Positions 10,559-21,374 of a stretch of 64,000 nucleotides of DNA are shown piece after piece. Under the pieces are notes generated by a model, which was not told the origin of the DNA, searched no databases, and saw nothing but the letters and a program-made list of their open reading frames with translations. Within the stretch, counting starts at the first letter, position 1. The number at the start of each line of letters is the position of its first letter. The stretch is from an uncultured Methanosarcinaceae archaeon. GTDB lineage: Archaea > Halobacteriota > Methanosarcinia > Methanosarcinales > Methanosarcinaceae. A program made the translations under genes and the position numbers. The stretch is from the NCBI GenBank assembly GCA_963847185.1, contig CAWJYV010000010.1, positions 288,001 to 352,000 of the forward strand. The letters run 5' to 3'.

Positions 10559-10621
10559 AAATAAAACCTTTTGAATTCCCTTTTTAAATTGATAGAGGTT
10601 CTTAAGAATTGGAATTTAAGA

Positions 10622-10780
10622 AGAAGCCCAGGATTGCTGCATTTATTCACTGTATCCCCCAATACAGTCTCTTCGACCATTAAGCTCCCCCAAGCATATT
10701 GGTTCGAAGAAGGATCAGCAATCCCAGGCGATTCTTTCATTGTGGTAGATGATTCCCCAGTTATTTCCCAACTCCAGCAT
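10622..10780 (-). repeat. Structured motif, copy B (candidate leader or ncRNA) with a TATA box near 10800-10812
   Basis: GAGTTGGGAAATAACTGGGG...ATCCTTCTTCGAACCAATATGCTTGGGGGAGCTTAATGGTCGAAGAGACTGTATTGGGGGATACAGTG...CCTGGGCTTCT. Confidence 0.75.
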
Positions 10781-11151
10781 AACTAATTGGATAAATTATT
10801 TATAATAAATTATATCAAAAATTGTATTTAAACGAAAAAATGTTTAATTCATTTTGTTTTAAGGACATTAAAATTATCAATATACTATAATTTTTCAATT
10901 ATATTTAAAATTCAAACCAGAAACAATCTTTCGTATCGGTTATGATATATATCTCTGAGGCCTTATAAATGTCCAGATTAAGAGAAATAGGGTTCCTCTT
11001 AATCTTTGGGTTGGATCGCGGGTAGGGTTTGAGAATAGGGACTCAAAACTCTACCATCTACTTCTTAGCTAACCAGACTTACTCTCATTTCGTTGAAAAC
11101 TCTATATTTGCTAGAGCTTGTTCTTCTTCTACTCTCAATAGAGTTATACTA

Positions 11152-11215
11152 TTACTGCTTCGTTATCTTACTGCTTCGTTATCTTACTGCTTCGTTATCT
11201 TACTGCTTCGTTATC
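11152..11215. repeat. Tandem repeat, 4 x 16 bp TTACTGCTTCGTTATC
   Basis: Four perfect adjacent copies with no spacers. Confidence 0.95.
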
Positions 11216-11364
11216 TTCCCGTTGTTCGTAGATATCTTTTTTTGGTTTGCAACGGTAAAATGTTATGAGAACGTATGACAAACGAAACAAAAAAACAAGC
11301 AAAAAAGAGGAGGAGAAGGATCTTGTGAGATTCACATTATAGAACGAGTGTAAGGACACGTTAT

Positions 11365-11490
11365 CCTTCCTGCATCTCTAATACAGTCTTCGAAGATTAA
11401 GCGTTCCCAAACATAATTCATCAAAGAAGGATTTGTGACCTTCAGAGGTTGTTTATTGATATTCGAAATCCCAGTTTGATCCCAACTCTT
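11365..11490 (-). repeat. Structured motif, copy C (diverged paralog of B with a similar AT-rich promoter upstream)
   Basis: GAGTTGGGATCAAACTGGG...ATCCTTCTTTGATGAATTATGTTTGGGAACGCTTAATCTTCGAAGACTGTATTAGAGATGCAG. Confidence 0.65.
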
Positions 11491-12064
11491 ATTTTTATAT
11501 ATTCATATAAATATATTAAATTAATTATATGAAAAATTGTTTTTAATTAAAACATAGTTTTATATTAAAAAATTTAGTCGTGTACATGAGTCATGGATCA
11601 ATTCTGAAAAAAGAGCACTATTGACTTGTTTGAGAAAAGTACAGAGAGTTTCTATAGAGTATGGTTTTCGACAACTCGCACCCACGACCAAAAATTTAAA
11701 CAAAGATTATTCCATATAAAAATGATTTTCAATTTTAAGTAATTCAATTTATAAAGTTAAACTAATTTATCGATTCCAAAATGAATCCATTGATCGATGG
11801 TAAAATTTGAAAGTCCAGGTTTGTGAGCATATTTTGGGATCGAAACACTATTTCTGAAACAAGTTTAGGAACGTAGTCTATGAAATCTTGTCAAGTCACA
11901 TTTATTTTATATGACTTTATTTTTATATAAAAAGATGCATATTACTAATTTACATATGAGAGTATATCACTCATATGGCTTCAATTGAACTTGATTTGCC
12001 AAAAAACAGAAAACTTATTTAAAATGACATCCAAATCGAATTCACGAATGGGGGAATGTAAACA

Positions 12065-12253
12065 ATGGAAGTAAGTCCTGTGGAAGTACAGAAAGCTTTA
12101 AAGGATATGGACTATCCTGCACAGAAGAAAGAAATAATTCAGCATGCTAAAAAGCATAACGCCAGCAAAGGAGTATTGGACGAGCTTGAAAGAATAGAGG
12201 ATAAAGAATATAAAAATGCGGCCGAAGTGAGCAAAGAGTTTAAAGGCGAATAA
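12065..12253 (+). CDS. DUF2795 family protein
   Basis: SPVEVQKALKDMDYPAQKKEIIQHAK...Y.NAAEV. GGGGG RBS. Confidence 0.85.
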   Translation: MEVSPVEVQKALKDMDYPAQKKEIIQHAKKHNASKGVLDELERIEDKEYKNAAEVSKEFKGE

Positions 12254-12486
12254 AGTAAGAACTTCTATCACTAGCAATCGAACTGCCGGGCTTGTTATAT
12301 GTAGAGACGAGAGGAGATTCTCAGAGAGTCGACTTTCTTTCTATTTAAATCTAATTTTTTGGTTATATATATTCATTGAATTTTCACGTGATTTATTGGA
12401 TTTCTGTGCAGGGTAAAAAACATACTGCTTTTCTTTTATTATACTTTCGGATTTGTGTTATAGCGTATATTGCACCAGCTATTACT

Positions 12487-13772
12487 TTAGTGCCTAGTTA
12501 TTTTCCCATTGCTAAGTTGACGATAAGCGCAACTCCCAGCCAGGGTCATAATCAGCGTGATAGTCCATCCCAGGATGTTGCTCGCCCTCGAGTTGACGAA
12601 TTGACCCATGACGTCTTTTCTGTTCGCTATCATGATTATCAGAGCCATCAGCGGTGGTGCAGCCAGGCCATTCAATGCAGCTGCGTAGTAAAGGGCAGTT
12701 ATCGGGTTGATGTCGAGCCAGTAAAAGGACATGCCTATCAATGTAGATACAACGATCACCATGTAAAACCCCGGAGCCCTACAGGCTTTTTACAAGTCCC
12801 TCCTTAAGTCCGGCAGTCTCTGCTACAGCATATGCTGACGCACCGGCGAGTACAGGGACTGCAAGTGATCCCGTACCGATGATACCAGCCGCGAAGAGTA
12901 AATAGGAGAGGTCGCCAGCCAGCGGGCGTAGAGCTTCAGCCGCCTGCGAAGCAGTCTGAATTGTGGTAATTCCTCCAGCATGTAGGGTGGCAGCAGTAGT
13001 GACGATGATGAAGAACATAATAACCTGAGAGAAAAGCATCCCAATAATAGTATCCAAGTTCATTTCGACTACACCTCGCAGCGTCACCCGAGGTTTTCCT
13101 GCTCCCATATCGGGAATCTGGCCATCCACAATCTCTTCCTCGACCTCCTGAGATGCCTGCCAGAGAATAGGTAAGGGGAGATTGTTGTGCCCAAAACCGC
13201 AACGATATTAAGCAGGTAATCCGCAGAGAAATCGAGATGTGGAACCATTGTGAAGTAAAAAATAAATTCCCATTTCGGGCTGACAATGAGGGCAGCCAAG
13301 ATGTATGAGAAGAGGGTCAGTGTCAGGTACTTAAGGATTCTCGAATAGGTTCTGTATGGAACGAAGACTTCTAGGATGATGATAGATGCCGTTATGAAAA
13401 TCAGCCAGAAAAGAAAAGGCAATCCTAGCAGCATCTGTGCCGAAGAGGCCATTGCACCTAGATCTGCGCCTATATTGATCGTGTTCGCAGTTACAAGCAG
13501 CAAGACTGCTAAGTACAGTACCCTCTTTGAGTAATGCTCAAGGATGACGTCGGCCAGCCCTTTTCCAGTTACCATCCCTATCCGCCCACACATCTGCTGA
13601 ATAACAATCATGAATGGACCGGTGAACCAGACAAGCCAGAGCTGACCGTACCCGAAGATCGCACCTGTCTGCTTATAGGTCGCAATACCAGAGGGATCAT
13701 CATCGGCGGCTCCAGTAATAAATCCGGGACCTATTTTTCCCAGTAGCCACTTCAGGGTTTTTTATGGGCCAT
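12487..13772 (-). pseudogene. NRAMP/MntH-family divalent metal transporter with about four frameshifts (~13765, ~13160, ~12785, ~12530)
   Basis: GPGFITGAADDDPSGIATY, NTINIGADLGAMA, VLGTTISPYLF, TTAATLH, AAEALRPLAG and LAVPVLAG are spread over several frames. Confidence 0.88.
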
Positions 13773-14243
13773 AGACCTTTATCCCCTTTGAATTGCTTTA
13801 CTGATTGTAACTCTGATTGTGACGCGGTCATGCTTCCTTCGAGGACAAAAAACCGGCTATAGGGGCAATGAGAATATTCAACCGGATTCCTATTTTAGTA
13901 TTGTTATATCAAGGAGCCTATAGGATATTCATTGGTCATTTGTTAAGGTTTAAAATGTCATTCCTGTCATTTATTTTATGTCACTCTTATATAAAAGGCG
14001 ATTAATAGAATTCTACAAAATTACCTGAAAAATAATGATGCATTATCTGAATCTAATAGAATAACTAAATACACGCCATAACACAAAATCACGCTCAATC
14101 TCACATCTAGAACTCGTTTTTAAAGATAACCAGCAATATTAAAAATTACTTAAGTTAGTAGTTAATTTTAAGCCAAGTTTTTTCTGTCAAATACTCGGAA
14201 TCAGAAAATAGTAATTTTTTCAGCATAATAATAACTTTTGATA

Positions 14244-14552
14244 TTATTGGATTTTACAGGAATTTTGGTATTTCATCCTTATTTTAGTAGATCTTGCTCT
14301 CGAATCTCTAATGAATAATCTGTCAATACGATCCCATACAATAACCCATAAAAATTTAGCATAAGAGAAAGGATAATTCATCCAAAAAACCAATTTCCTG
14401 AAAAGCGATAGATTTCTATAGTCCTCTACCCACATAGATTCGCTTAGAAATCCTCTCCAGACAAGAGATTTTTGCATATGTTTCCATCGCTTGAATATAT
14501 GACCTATTATGAATAAGAAGGTACAAGTGATTGCAAATAATCTTTTAGCCAT
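14244..14552 (-). CDS. Hypothetical aromatic/basic-rich protein (102 aa, MAKRLFAIT...)
   Basis: GAGGGTG RBS before ATG 14552. Confidence 0.55.
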   Translation of the reverse strand: MAKRLFAITCTFLFIIGHIFKRWKHMQKSLVWRGFLSESMWVEDYRNLSLFRKLVFWMNYPFSYAKFLWVIVWDRIDRLFIRDSRARSTKIRMKYQNSCKIQ

Positions 14553-14675
14553 ATTTTTCACCCTCGACGACTCAATAAACTTAATAAAAATGGATGAACA
14601 GGAAAATGCATTAAAAGTAACACATTTCTTACAGATCGTATATTTAACCGAATACAAATGAGTATCTTTTCAAAA

Positions 14676-14849
14676 TTATACTTTCTTTCTTCCCATTTTC
14701 TTTCGTACATACCGTAAAACCCCATAAGAACAACCCAATAGAAGCATAATCTTAAAGGGTTTCTCACCTGCTTTGAGGAGTTCTTCGATTTTTTCATGAT
14801 CGAATTTTGGTTTCTGACCTTTTCTTTTTGGAGGAAATTGGCGACTCAT
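14676..14849 (-). CDS. 57-aa HTH-like DNA-binding microprotein MSRQFPPKRKGQKPKFDHEKIEELLKAGEKPFKIMLLLGCSYGVLRYVRKKMGRKKV (not in track)
   Basis: GAGGTG RBS. The pattern resembles the Hin/resolvase-type HTH (basic arm, helix, G, helix, LGCS turn, recognition helix). Confidence 0.65.
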   Translation of the reverse strand: MSRQFPPKRKGQKPKFDHEKIEELLKAGEKPFKIMLLLGCSYGVLRYVRKKMGRKKV

Positions 14850-15514
14850 TAAGATTTCACCTCTTCATACAATTTACTGTACTTTCAAGCTATGAGGGCT
14901 GATTATTTTATAGGCTCAACTGTAGCTGAAAAAAACTTCTTAGCTTCCATAGACTTGACAGAACCTCAAGGAAACTGAAAAAAATCACTTAGCAATCCCA
15001 TATTATCATTCCCCACAATATAAGCATATCATAACAAAAATACAAAAGCTTTTCGGATTACTTATTAATATAAACTATTAATATTTGTTGTATACAATTT
15101 TTCCAAAAGATTGTGTGCTGAATATTTTGTTCATTCTAGTGGTCTCTGTATATTATTCTCTACTGCAAAAAACGGTTCTGTTGTAAAAATAATAAATATA
15201 GAAGTAAAAATTTAGTTGTCAATGCAATGAACATTTGAAAAGCAGAATATTCCCAAGAAAACAGCTAATGTAAACAGCTATTCCGAATAACTTGTTCATA
15301 AAATTGGCTTCAACAAGAACACATTAGCAGCAGGGAAAGCGCTGAACCCATGTAAGAACTGACATTTCTATTTTATTAATGAATCTAAAAAAACCTTCTG
15401 CTTACATAGTTATTTACATTATGCATCCGTTTTTCAATTGCTCTTGTTGTCGTTTTACTGATTTTACCTGTAAAATTTGCACTTTTATATTTTGCAGTAA
15501 AAAGATACACGTTT

Positions 15515-15620
15515 TTACTTTTGTCTTGAAAAAACGCTTCCTATTTATTCACTATTACAGAACAAGAGCATTAAGAGTAAAGAGCTGATCTGACCTGGCA
15601 TTCTGATTCATGTAATGTAA
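15515..15620 (-). pseudogene. Casposase (casposon Cas1) extreme C-terminal remnant 1
   Basis: LHYMNQNARSDQLFTLNALVL*..VNK*EAFFSRQK* aligns with remnant 2. The 3' flank is also homologous to ~20570-20670. Confidence 0.75.
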
Positions 15621-16010
15621 ACATGGAGCGTATCTGTTAAGACTAAAACAGCACATTCAATTTCGGGCGTGGAGCAAGAGTTATGGAAAACTGAAAGCAT
15701 AAGAATCTCTCTACATATTTCATGAAGAGTTCAAATTGTTCTACCGATTCAGGTTTTAGCTTTTTTATGTCTTCATTTGATAAAATTCATGAGTTCCAGC
15801 TTTTTTTCAGCTTTCGCGCAAAGGTCGCTCTACTTCGTCGATCGTGGACGTACCTTGGGTTCAGAAAAATGACTCTCTCTACTCTGCCAGCTGGAAAATA
15901 TAATCTGAAATCAGCTAAAAGGGGCTACTAAAAAATAATCAAAAAAAGATTAAAGAAAGGTCAGAGAATAAGTTTTCTCTGATTAATTATTGGTTGGTTG
16001 TCCCTCTTGT

Positions 16011-17312
16011 TTAGAGCTGCTGGCGCCTGTCAATAATTCTCTTTGCCTTTCCTGCAGTCCTCTCGATACTGCCTTTTTCAAGGAGTTCGACATTTGTACG
16101 GATATTCAGGACGGCTTTGAGTTCATGCTGGACGTGGTTCTGGACGGCTTTGAGGTCGTTGAGTTCGCCTGTGAAGGCATTTTCTTCTAGCTCAACTTCG
16201 ATTGTGAGTTCGTCGAGCATGTGTTTATTGCGGTCGAGGATCAACTGGAAATGTTCGCCGACCTGGGGGATTCTTGAGATTACGTCCTGGATCTGGGAAG
16301 GGAATACGTTGATGCCTCTTACGATAAGCATATCGTCGGCTCGACCAAGGAGACGGGAGATTCTTGTGGTTGTCCTGCCGCAGTCACATTCGGATTCGAG
16401 GAGTCTGGTCATGTCGCCTGTGCGGTATCTGATGTTGCAGAAGCCTTCTTTGTTGATTGAGGTGAGGACAAGTTCGCCTTTTTCGCCTTCTGAAACCTGT
16501 TCTCCGTTTTCGTCGAGGACTTCGACCAGGAAGTTGTCGCTCCAGATGTGCAGACCGTTCTGTTCCTGGCATTCGAAACCGACCCCAGGGCCGAACATTT
16601 CTGAAAGGCCGTAACAGTCATAGGCTTTGAGATTGAGCCTTTTTTCAAGTTGCTTCCGCGTATTTTCAGACCAGGGTTCACCTCCGAAGATGGCTGCTTT
16701 TAAGGAGAGTTTGTCTACAAGGTCGAGTTCTTCTGCGGTTTCGGCAAGATAGAAGGCGTAGGAAGGGGTACAGTGGACTGCTGTTACCCCGAAATCGATC
16801 ATCATCTCAAGCTGCCTGGCAGTATTTCCGGTTGCAGCAGGCACGATCATGGATCCCATCCTCTCTACACCGTAGTGGAAGCCCAGGCCGCCTGTAAAAA
16901 GACCGTAGTTCATGGAATTCTGGACAATGTCGCCTTTCGAAAGCCCTATCATTGTTAGGCTCCGTGCAATCATATCCGACCATGTTTCAATGTCTTTTGC
17001 AGTGTACCCGACAACCGTAGGTTTTCCGCTTGTTCCCGAGGATGCATGAATACGCACTATGTCTTCTTTTTTGGCAGCAAATAGCCCGAATGGATAGTTG
17101 TCCCGAAGGTCCGTTTTCCGCGTAAAAGGCAGTTTACGGACATCTTCGAGAGTTTTTATGTCATCAGGAGTGACTCCAGCCTCCTTAAACTTCTGCCTGT
17201 AGAAGGGAACATTGTCATAGACCAGCTTTGCACTGTGTTGAAGACGTTTTAGCTGAAGTCTCTTCAGTTCTTCGGAATCCATTGTTTCGTATTTCGGCTG
17301 CCAGTAATTCAT
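16011..17312 (-). CDS. paaK: Phenylacetate--CoA ligase family protein
   Basis: HASSGTSGKPT, YGLFTGGLG, YGLSEMFGPG, RYRTGD, GRADDMLIVRGINVFP. Confidence 0.92.
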   Translation of the reverse strand: MNYWQPKYETMDSEELKRLQLKRLQHSAKLVYDNVPFYRQKFKEAGVTPDDIKTLEDVRKLPFTRKTDLRDNYPFGLFAAKKEDIVRIHASSGTSGKPTVVGYTAKDIETWSDMIARSLTMIGLSKGDIVQNSMNYGLFTGGLGFHYGVERMGSMIVPAATGNTARQLEMMIDFGVTAVHCTPSYAFYLAETAEELDLVDKLSLKAAIFGGEPWSENTRKQLEKRLNLKAYDCYGLSEMFGPGVGFECQEQNGLHIWSDNFLVEVLDENGEQVSEGEKGELVLTSINKEGFCNIRYRTGDMTRLLESECDCGRTTTRISRLLGRADDMLIVRGINVFPSQIQDVISRIPQVGEHFQLILDRNKHMLDELTIEVELEENAFTGELNDLKAVQNHVQHELKAVLNIRTNVELLEKGSIERTAGKAKRIIDRRQQL

Positions 17313-18147
17313 AAAAAGAACCTTCTTTTATTTTGTAAGACCATTTTTAGCTCATGATGTTTTTATGAACAAACCCTATTCTTACTAAACCTACTCATGC
17401 CATGTCTCTACATGTCACGACATATTAAGTAATCCTATGAATAATATAAAATGTTTGGAAAAATCCTTCTGTACTGTAATCTTCCCACATATAAAGATTG
17501 TTGAATGAATTTTATATTGGAGAGTTAGGAAAATTAGTGGGTTCAAATTAAACCCCTGCATAAACTATAGGATTATAGGGAAGTCAAATTTTTTGTACGC
17601 AAGTGTAAGAATAATGCACAATCTCTTATCTTAGAAAACTGCCTTGAATAAAATTATACTACTTTTAAAATAAAATTTGAATAAAAAGTCTTTTTTGTAC
17701 ATCCTTTAGTAGAGATTTGTAAAGATGATGTACAAAATTGTATAGAGTTGCCCATCTCATCTTAATTTATGTTTTATAAAAACAGATTAATAAAAAATTA
17801 AAGTCTTTTCGCATTTACTCACGAGGGTATCGATAGGAAAAATATGCTTTAAAATAAAGGGTTATCCAGTAGCTATTTTTTAAAAAGCGTTACATAGTCT
17901 TTGGGATGATCATAAACGAAAACAGATAAGCATATTTTATATCGTATTTGCATATCAATTACATCATTTAAAATTAATAGCTTATACAATTGTAAATCTA
18001 TTTTAACAGATCTAAAGAAGAAATTAACTTTTCAAGCAGACCAAAGGGTTCGTCATGCGAATTAGAGGATACTCAGGAGTAAAAATATACTGACAAAAGT
18101 GAGAAATTATTTTTCCATAGTTTTTATCTTAAACCTAGCAACGAAGT

Positions 18148-20301
18148 CTATCTTTTATCATTTTTCAGTTCCTCAAGCTGTCTCTTACAAGAATTAATTA
18201 ATTCTTGTTCCCCATGTTCTTGAGCAATTTTCAGTGCCTTTTCATGACACTCAATTGCTTTTCTCGACTCTCCAAGATCATTATATGCTAGACCCATATC
18301 TCCAAGGTTATCTACTTCTTTTCGCCGGTACCCAAGCTCTTGAGCAATTTTCAGTGCCTTTTCATGACACTCAATTGCTTTTCTCGACTCTCCAAGATCA
18401 TTATATTCTTTCCCCAGATATCCAAGGGTAGCCCCTTCATTTCGCCGCTGCCCAATTTCTTGATAAATTTTCAGTGCCTTTTCATATTTTTCAATTGCTT
18501 TTCTCGATTCTCCACTATTACGGTATGCCATCGCTGTACCCCTAAAAATTGCAGCATGAATTTCGTCTTCTACTTCCCTAACAAAAGGATTTTTAGCAAA
18601 TTGTTCTACGAATAAATTAAAATATTTTAACATAGTATAATAATCAAATTCAAAATGGGGATTCTCACGAAGGATGTTGTCAGCCTGATCGTATTCTTCT
18701 GCCATATTTGCATGGTAAAAGGCTTCAAACGCAAGATTATTATATTCTTTTTCTCCAAGCTCATCTGTAATTAGGAAACGGTAATATTCCATTGCAAGTT
18801 TATGGACTTCTTTTTTATTTTTTAGATCAATATAAGAAAATTTTTCCACTTGATTTTGAAGCCAGTACCTCCCTTTATGGTCAGTTTCCAATAATGATTT
18901 GTCTATCAAATTATCTACAGCATCTATGGGAGTCTTATCTGTAAACATAATTTTAATTGCATTCATAGTTTCAGCCCGACGATAGACTGATATGCGCTCT
19001 AATAGCTCCTTTTCGTTCCCCGCCAATTTATCAAACATTTTTCTGGTTTTCTTGATGGTGCTTTCTTTGAGGTCTCTATATCGAGTCAGATCGTTTAATG
19101 TATCAGATACTCCAAACTTTTTAACAAGGCCTACTAAAAGCTTTAGTGCCAGAGGATGCCCATCTATGTCCTTAGCTAGTATTTTTAATTCGTCAAGCGT
19201 TAAACTATCAAGTCCATTTTTGGCGAGATAATCAACTGCAAAATCCGTTCTCAACCCATTTAGATGCTGTTTCTCCTCCTCAACTACGTCGATAAGACTT
19301 TCTCCATTTTTAAAATTGGGAAGAACACGGCTTGTGATAATGATCTTTGCATTATGGGTACGGTATCGTAAAGAAGAAAAAAGAAGTTCAATTCCCTTAT
19401 CATTAAATTTTGTATTTTCAAGTATAATGCTTAGATCATCAAAAAAGAGCCAGATTTCGCTTCTGTCATTGAGCACGCCTGTGAACTTATCCACATCATT
19501 TTTTCCGGGTTCTCTCCTGTCTGATTTAAATTCTGTAATTTCAGGAGCTCTCATATATGCTGCAAGTTCTTCAAGGATATCACCCAGTTTTGCGTCCTGG
19601 TTATCATAAAAGCTAAACCAAAAAGGTTCTGGGACATTTATAGGTCTGAGATCAACAAGAGCTCTTGCAAGCGTAGTTTTCCCCACACCTCCAATACCAC
19701 TAATAAGTAAAATTTTGTGTTTTTCAAGATATGTAAGGGCTTTTCTTAACTCATCAGCCCTGTTATTAGTAACGAATTCCTTTAACCTTTCAGGGTAAGC
19801 TGGAAGAGCTGAAGAATTATATCGGTGCATAATTTCTTGGTTTTCTGCTTCTTTTCTTCTTTCATCCAGATATTCAATGATTTTGATATACTCATCATCA
19901 GAAGGAGTTTCAATATTGAAAAATGTATTATAGCTTCCCAAGGCGAGATGATTAATATTCTCCACGTTGAGATTTATAGTAAGATCAATTTTCCTTGCTA
20001 GATCACGGTCTTCACTTAGCAATTTCAAGATTCCCTGTTGAAGCTCTTCTTTTGCTATTGTGTCTTCTGAGTTTTTGGACAATTTCTCAAGGGCTATTTC
20101 TATGGGTTTGCTCTTTTTTAACCTTATTTTATCAAATACAATTTTAGCTTTATTTAAAGATTTAGAGCCCAATTTTTCGATACCTTTCTCAAGAAGCATA
20201 TCGTGAACTTTCGCCGTTACAACCTCTCTTTCCGCATAGATGAACGGCAGGGCAGGAGCGAGAACATCTGTTGCTTGATGAGCAAGAGAGATTAGATCCA
20301 T
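18148..20301 (-). CDS. STAND (NB-ARC-like) ATPase with N-terminal helical domain, wHTH and C-terminal TPRs
   Basis: Walker A GIGGVGKT, Walker B WLFFDD, IIITSR, GHPLAL, LIDKSLL, and TPRs LGESRKAIECHEKALKIAQELG. Confidence 0.88.
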   Translation of the reverse strand: MDLISLAHQATDVLAPALPFIYAEREVVTAKVHDMLLEKGIEKLGSKSLNKAKIVFDKIRLKKSKPIEIALEKLSKNSEDTIAKEELQQGILKLLSEDRDLARKIDLTINLNVENINHLALGSYNTFFNIETPSDDEYIKIIEYLDERRKEAENQEIMHRYNSSALPAYPERLKEFVTNNRADELRKALTYLEKHKILLISGIGGVGKTTLARALVDLRPINVPEPFWFSFYDNQDAKLGDILEELAAYMRAPEITEFKSDRREPGKNDVDKFTGVLNDRSEIWLFFDDLSIILENTKFNDKGIELLFSSLRYRTHNAKIIITSRVLPNFKNGESLIDVVEEEKQHLNGLRTDFAVDYLAKNGLDSLTLDELKILAKDIDGHPLALKLLVGLVKKFGVSDTLNDLTRYRDLKESTIKKTRKMFDKLAGNEKELLERISVYRRAETMNAIKIMFTDKTPIDAVDNLIDKSLLETDHKGRYWLQNQVEKFSYIDLKNKKEVHKLAMEYYRFLITDELGEKEYNNLAFEAFYHANMAEEYDQADNILRENPHFEFDYYTMLKYFNLFVEQFAKNPFVREVEDEIHAAIFRGTAMAYRNSGESRKAIEKYEKALKIYQEIGQRRNEGATLGYLGKEYNDLGESRKAIECHEKALKIAQELGYRRKEVDNLGDMGLAYNDLGESRKAIECHEKALKIAQEHGEQELINSCKRQLEELKNDKR
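18218..18520. repeat. 120-bp period intragenic repeats encoding 40-aa TPR units
   Basis: AATTTTCAGTGCCTTTTCAT...TCAATTGCTTTTCTCGA recurs at about 18227, 18347 and 18467. Confidence 0.9.
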
Positions 20302-20669
20302 AAAACTCCTCAGATTTTTCTTTAATATTGGAAGCTGGTAAAATAAGTTTTTTTATTTAATACGGTCAGAAATGAATTTTTGGGTTTATTATCCAGAATA
20401 TCTGTTAATTGTTTAACTAACGGACTCTGTAGAAGTCCTTATTTTGATGTAAATTATTTCTTCAACACTTTGTTTGGTTACCCACTAACAGTTTAATTTT
20501 TATTTATTTGACTTGTTCATAGAACTTTTTTGCCCTTAGTACTTCTCAAGACTTCCTTTTGGCAACAGAAAATGTTGTTTGCGCTATATTCCGTTTATTT
20601 TTTTCTATTTTACTGTAAATTTTACATTTTTTTACGATTTTTACATTTTATAGTAAAAGCATACACATT

Positions 20670-21085
20670 TTACTTTTGACCTGAAACCAACGCCTCCCAC
20701 TTATTCACTCTTTCCAGAACATGTGCATTAAGAGTAAACGGCTTATCACTTTTGGCATTTTGTTTCATGTAATGCAAAGTACCCTTAGAAAACCCTAATT
20801 TTCTCCAATCAACATGAGAAATGCTCAGGATCTTTCTCCTAATTTCATGGGAATCAACCCTATTAACCCCAAATTCAGGGCTAACGAAATCTAATTCCTT
20901 GGATTTTCCTGTAAGATTATGGGCTAACTCTCTGGCCTTTATTAGTAATATAGACCCCAGATTGTCTGTTTCTCCTCATAATTTGCAGTCTGATTCATCA
21001 TACTAAAGAACTTATTAGCTACTTTCTTTCTCCCAGGACCTCTTGATCTCAGGTTGTAAACACGTTTATTATCAGGCTCCTGAAG
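20670..21085 (-). pseudogene. Casposase (casposon Cas1) C-terminal remnant 2, ~130 codons, one frameshift near 20957
   Basis: LQEP..YNLRSRGPGRKKVANKFFSMMNQTANYEEKQTIW/GSILLIKARELAHNLTGKSKELDFVSPEFGVNRVDSHEIRRKILSISHVDWRKLGFSKGTLHYMKQNAKSDKPFTLNAHVLERVNKWEALVSGQK*. Confidence 0.85.
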
Positions 21086-21374
21086 GCTGAGAAATGAGTC
21101 GGCCACGCTTTTTCAAACAATACATAACTTATGGAAAATGGTTCAAAGCTCAATCAAGAGATAAAAAATATGAAAAAGAAGTCTTGTTAAGGAATGGCTC
21201 AGGGGAAGATTAAGGATTCAATTACTGGTAGATTTTTTTAGGTAGATCAATGGCAGTAGATATAAAAATAAGGGAAATTTTGAGAAGTGCCGAATTTAAT
21301 AACCTCGAAATATAAGTCGTTGACTATAGAAATATCTAAATACAGATATGGGGTATAAATTTACTATGATATTT

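Noticed and set aside
11152-11215. Possible CRISPR array, given the Cas1-like fragments nearby
   Set aside because: The 16-bp units are adjacent with no spacers, and the Cas1 fragments are casposase-type.
11675-11835. Possible MITE starting GCACCCACGACC
   Set aside because: The matching right end is too degenerate.
14558-14797. 79-aa track ORF
   Set aside because: Overlaps the RBS-supported 57-aa HTH ORF in another frame and has no RBS.
15640-15930. Protein-like minus-strand remnant next to casposase fragment 1 (possible polB)
   Set aside because: Contains a stop, and no PolB motif is recognisable.
18218-18520. Regularly spaced repeats resembling an array
   Set aside because: They are in-frame TPR-coding repeats with a 120-bp period.
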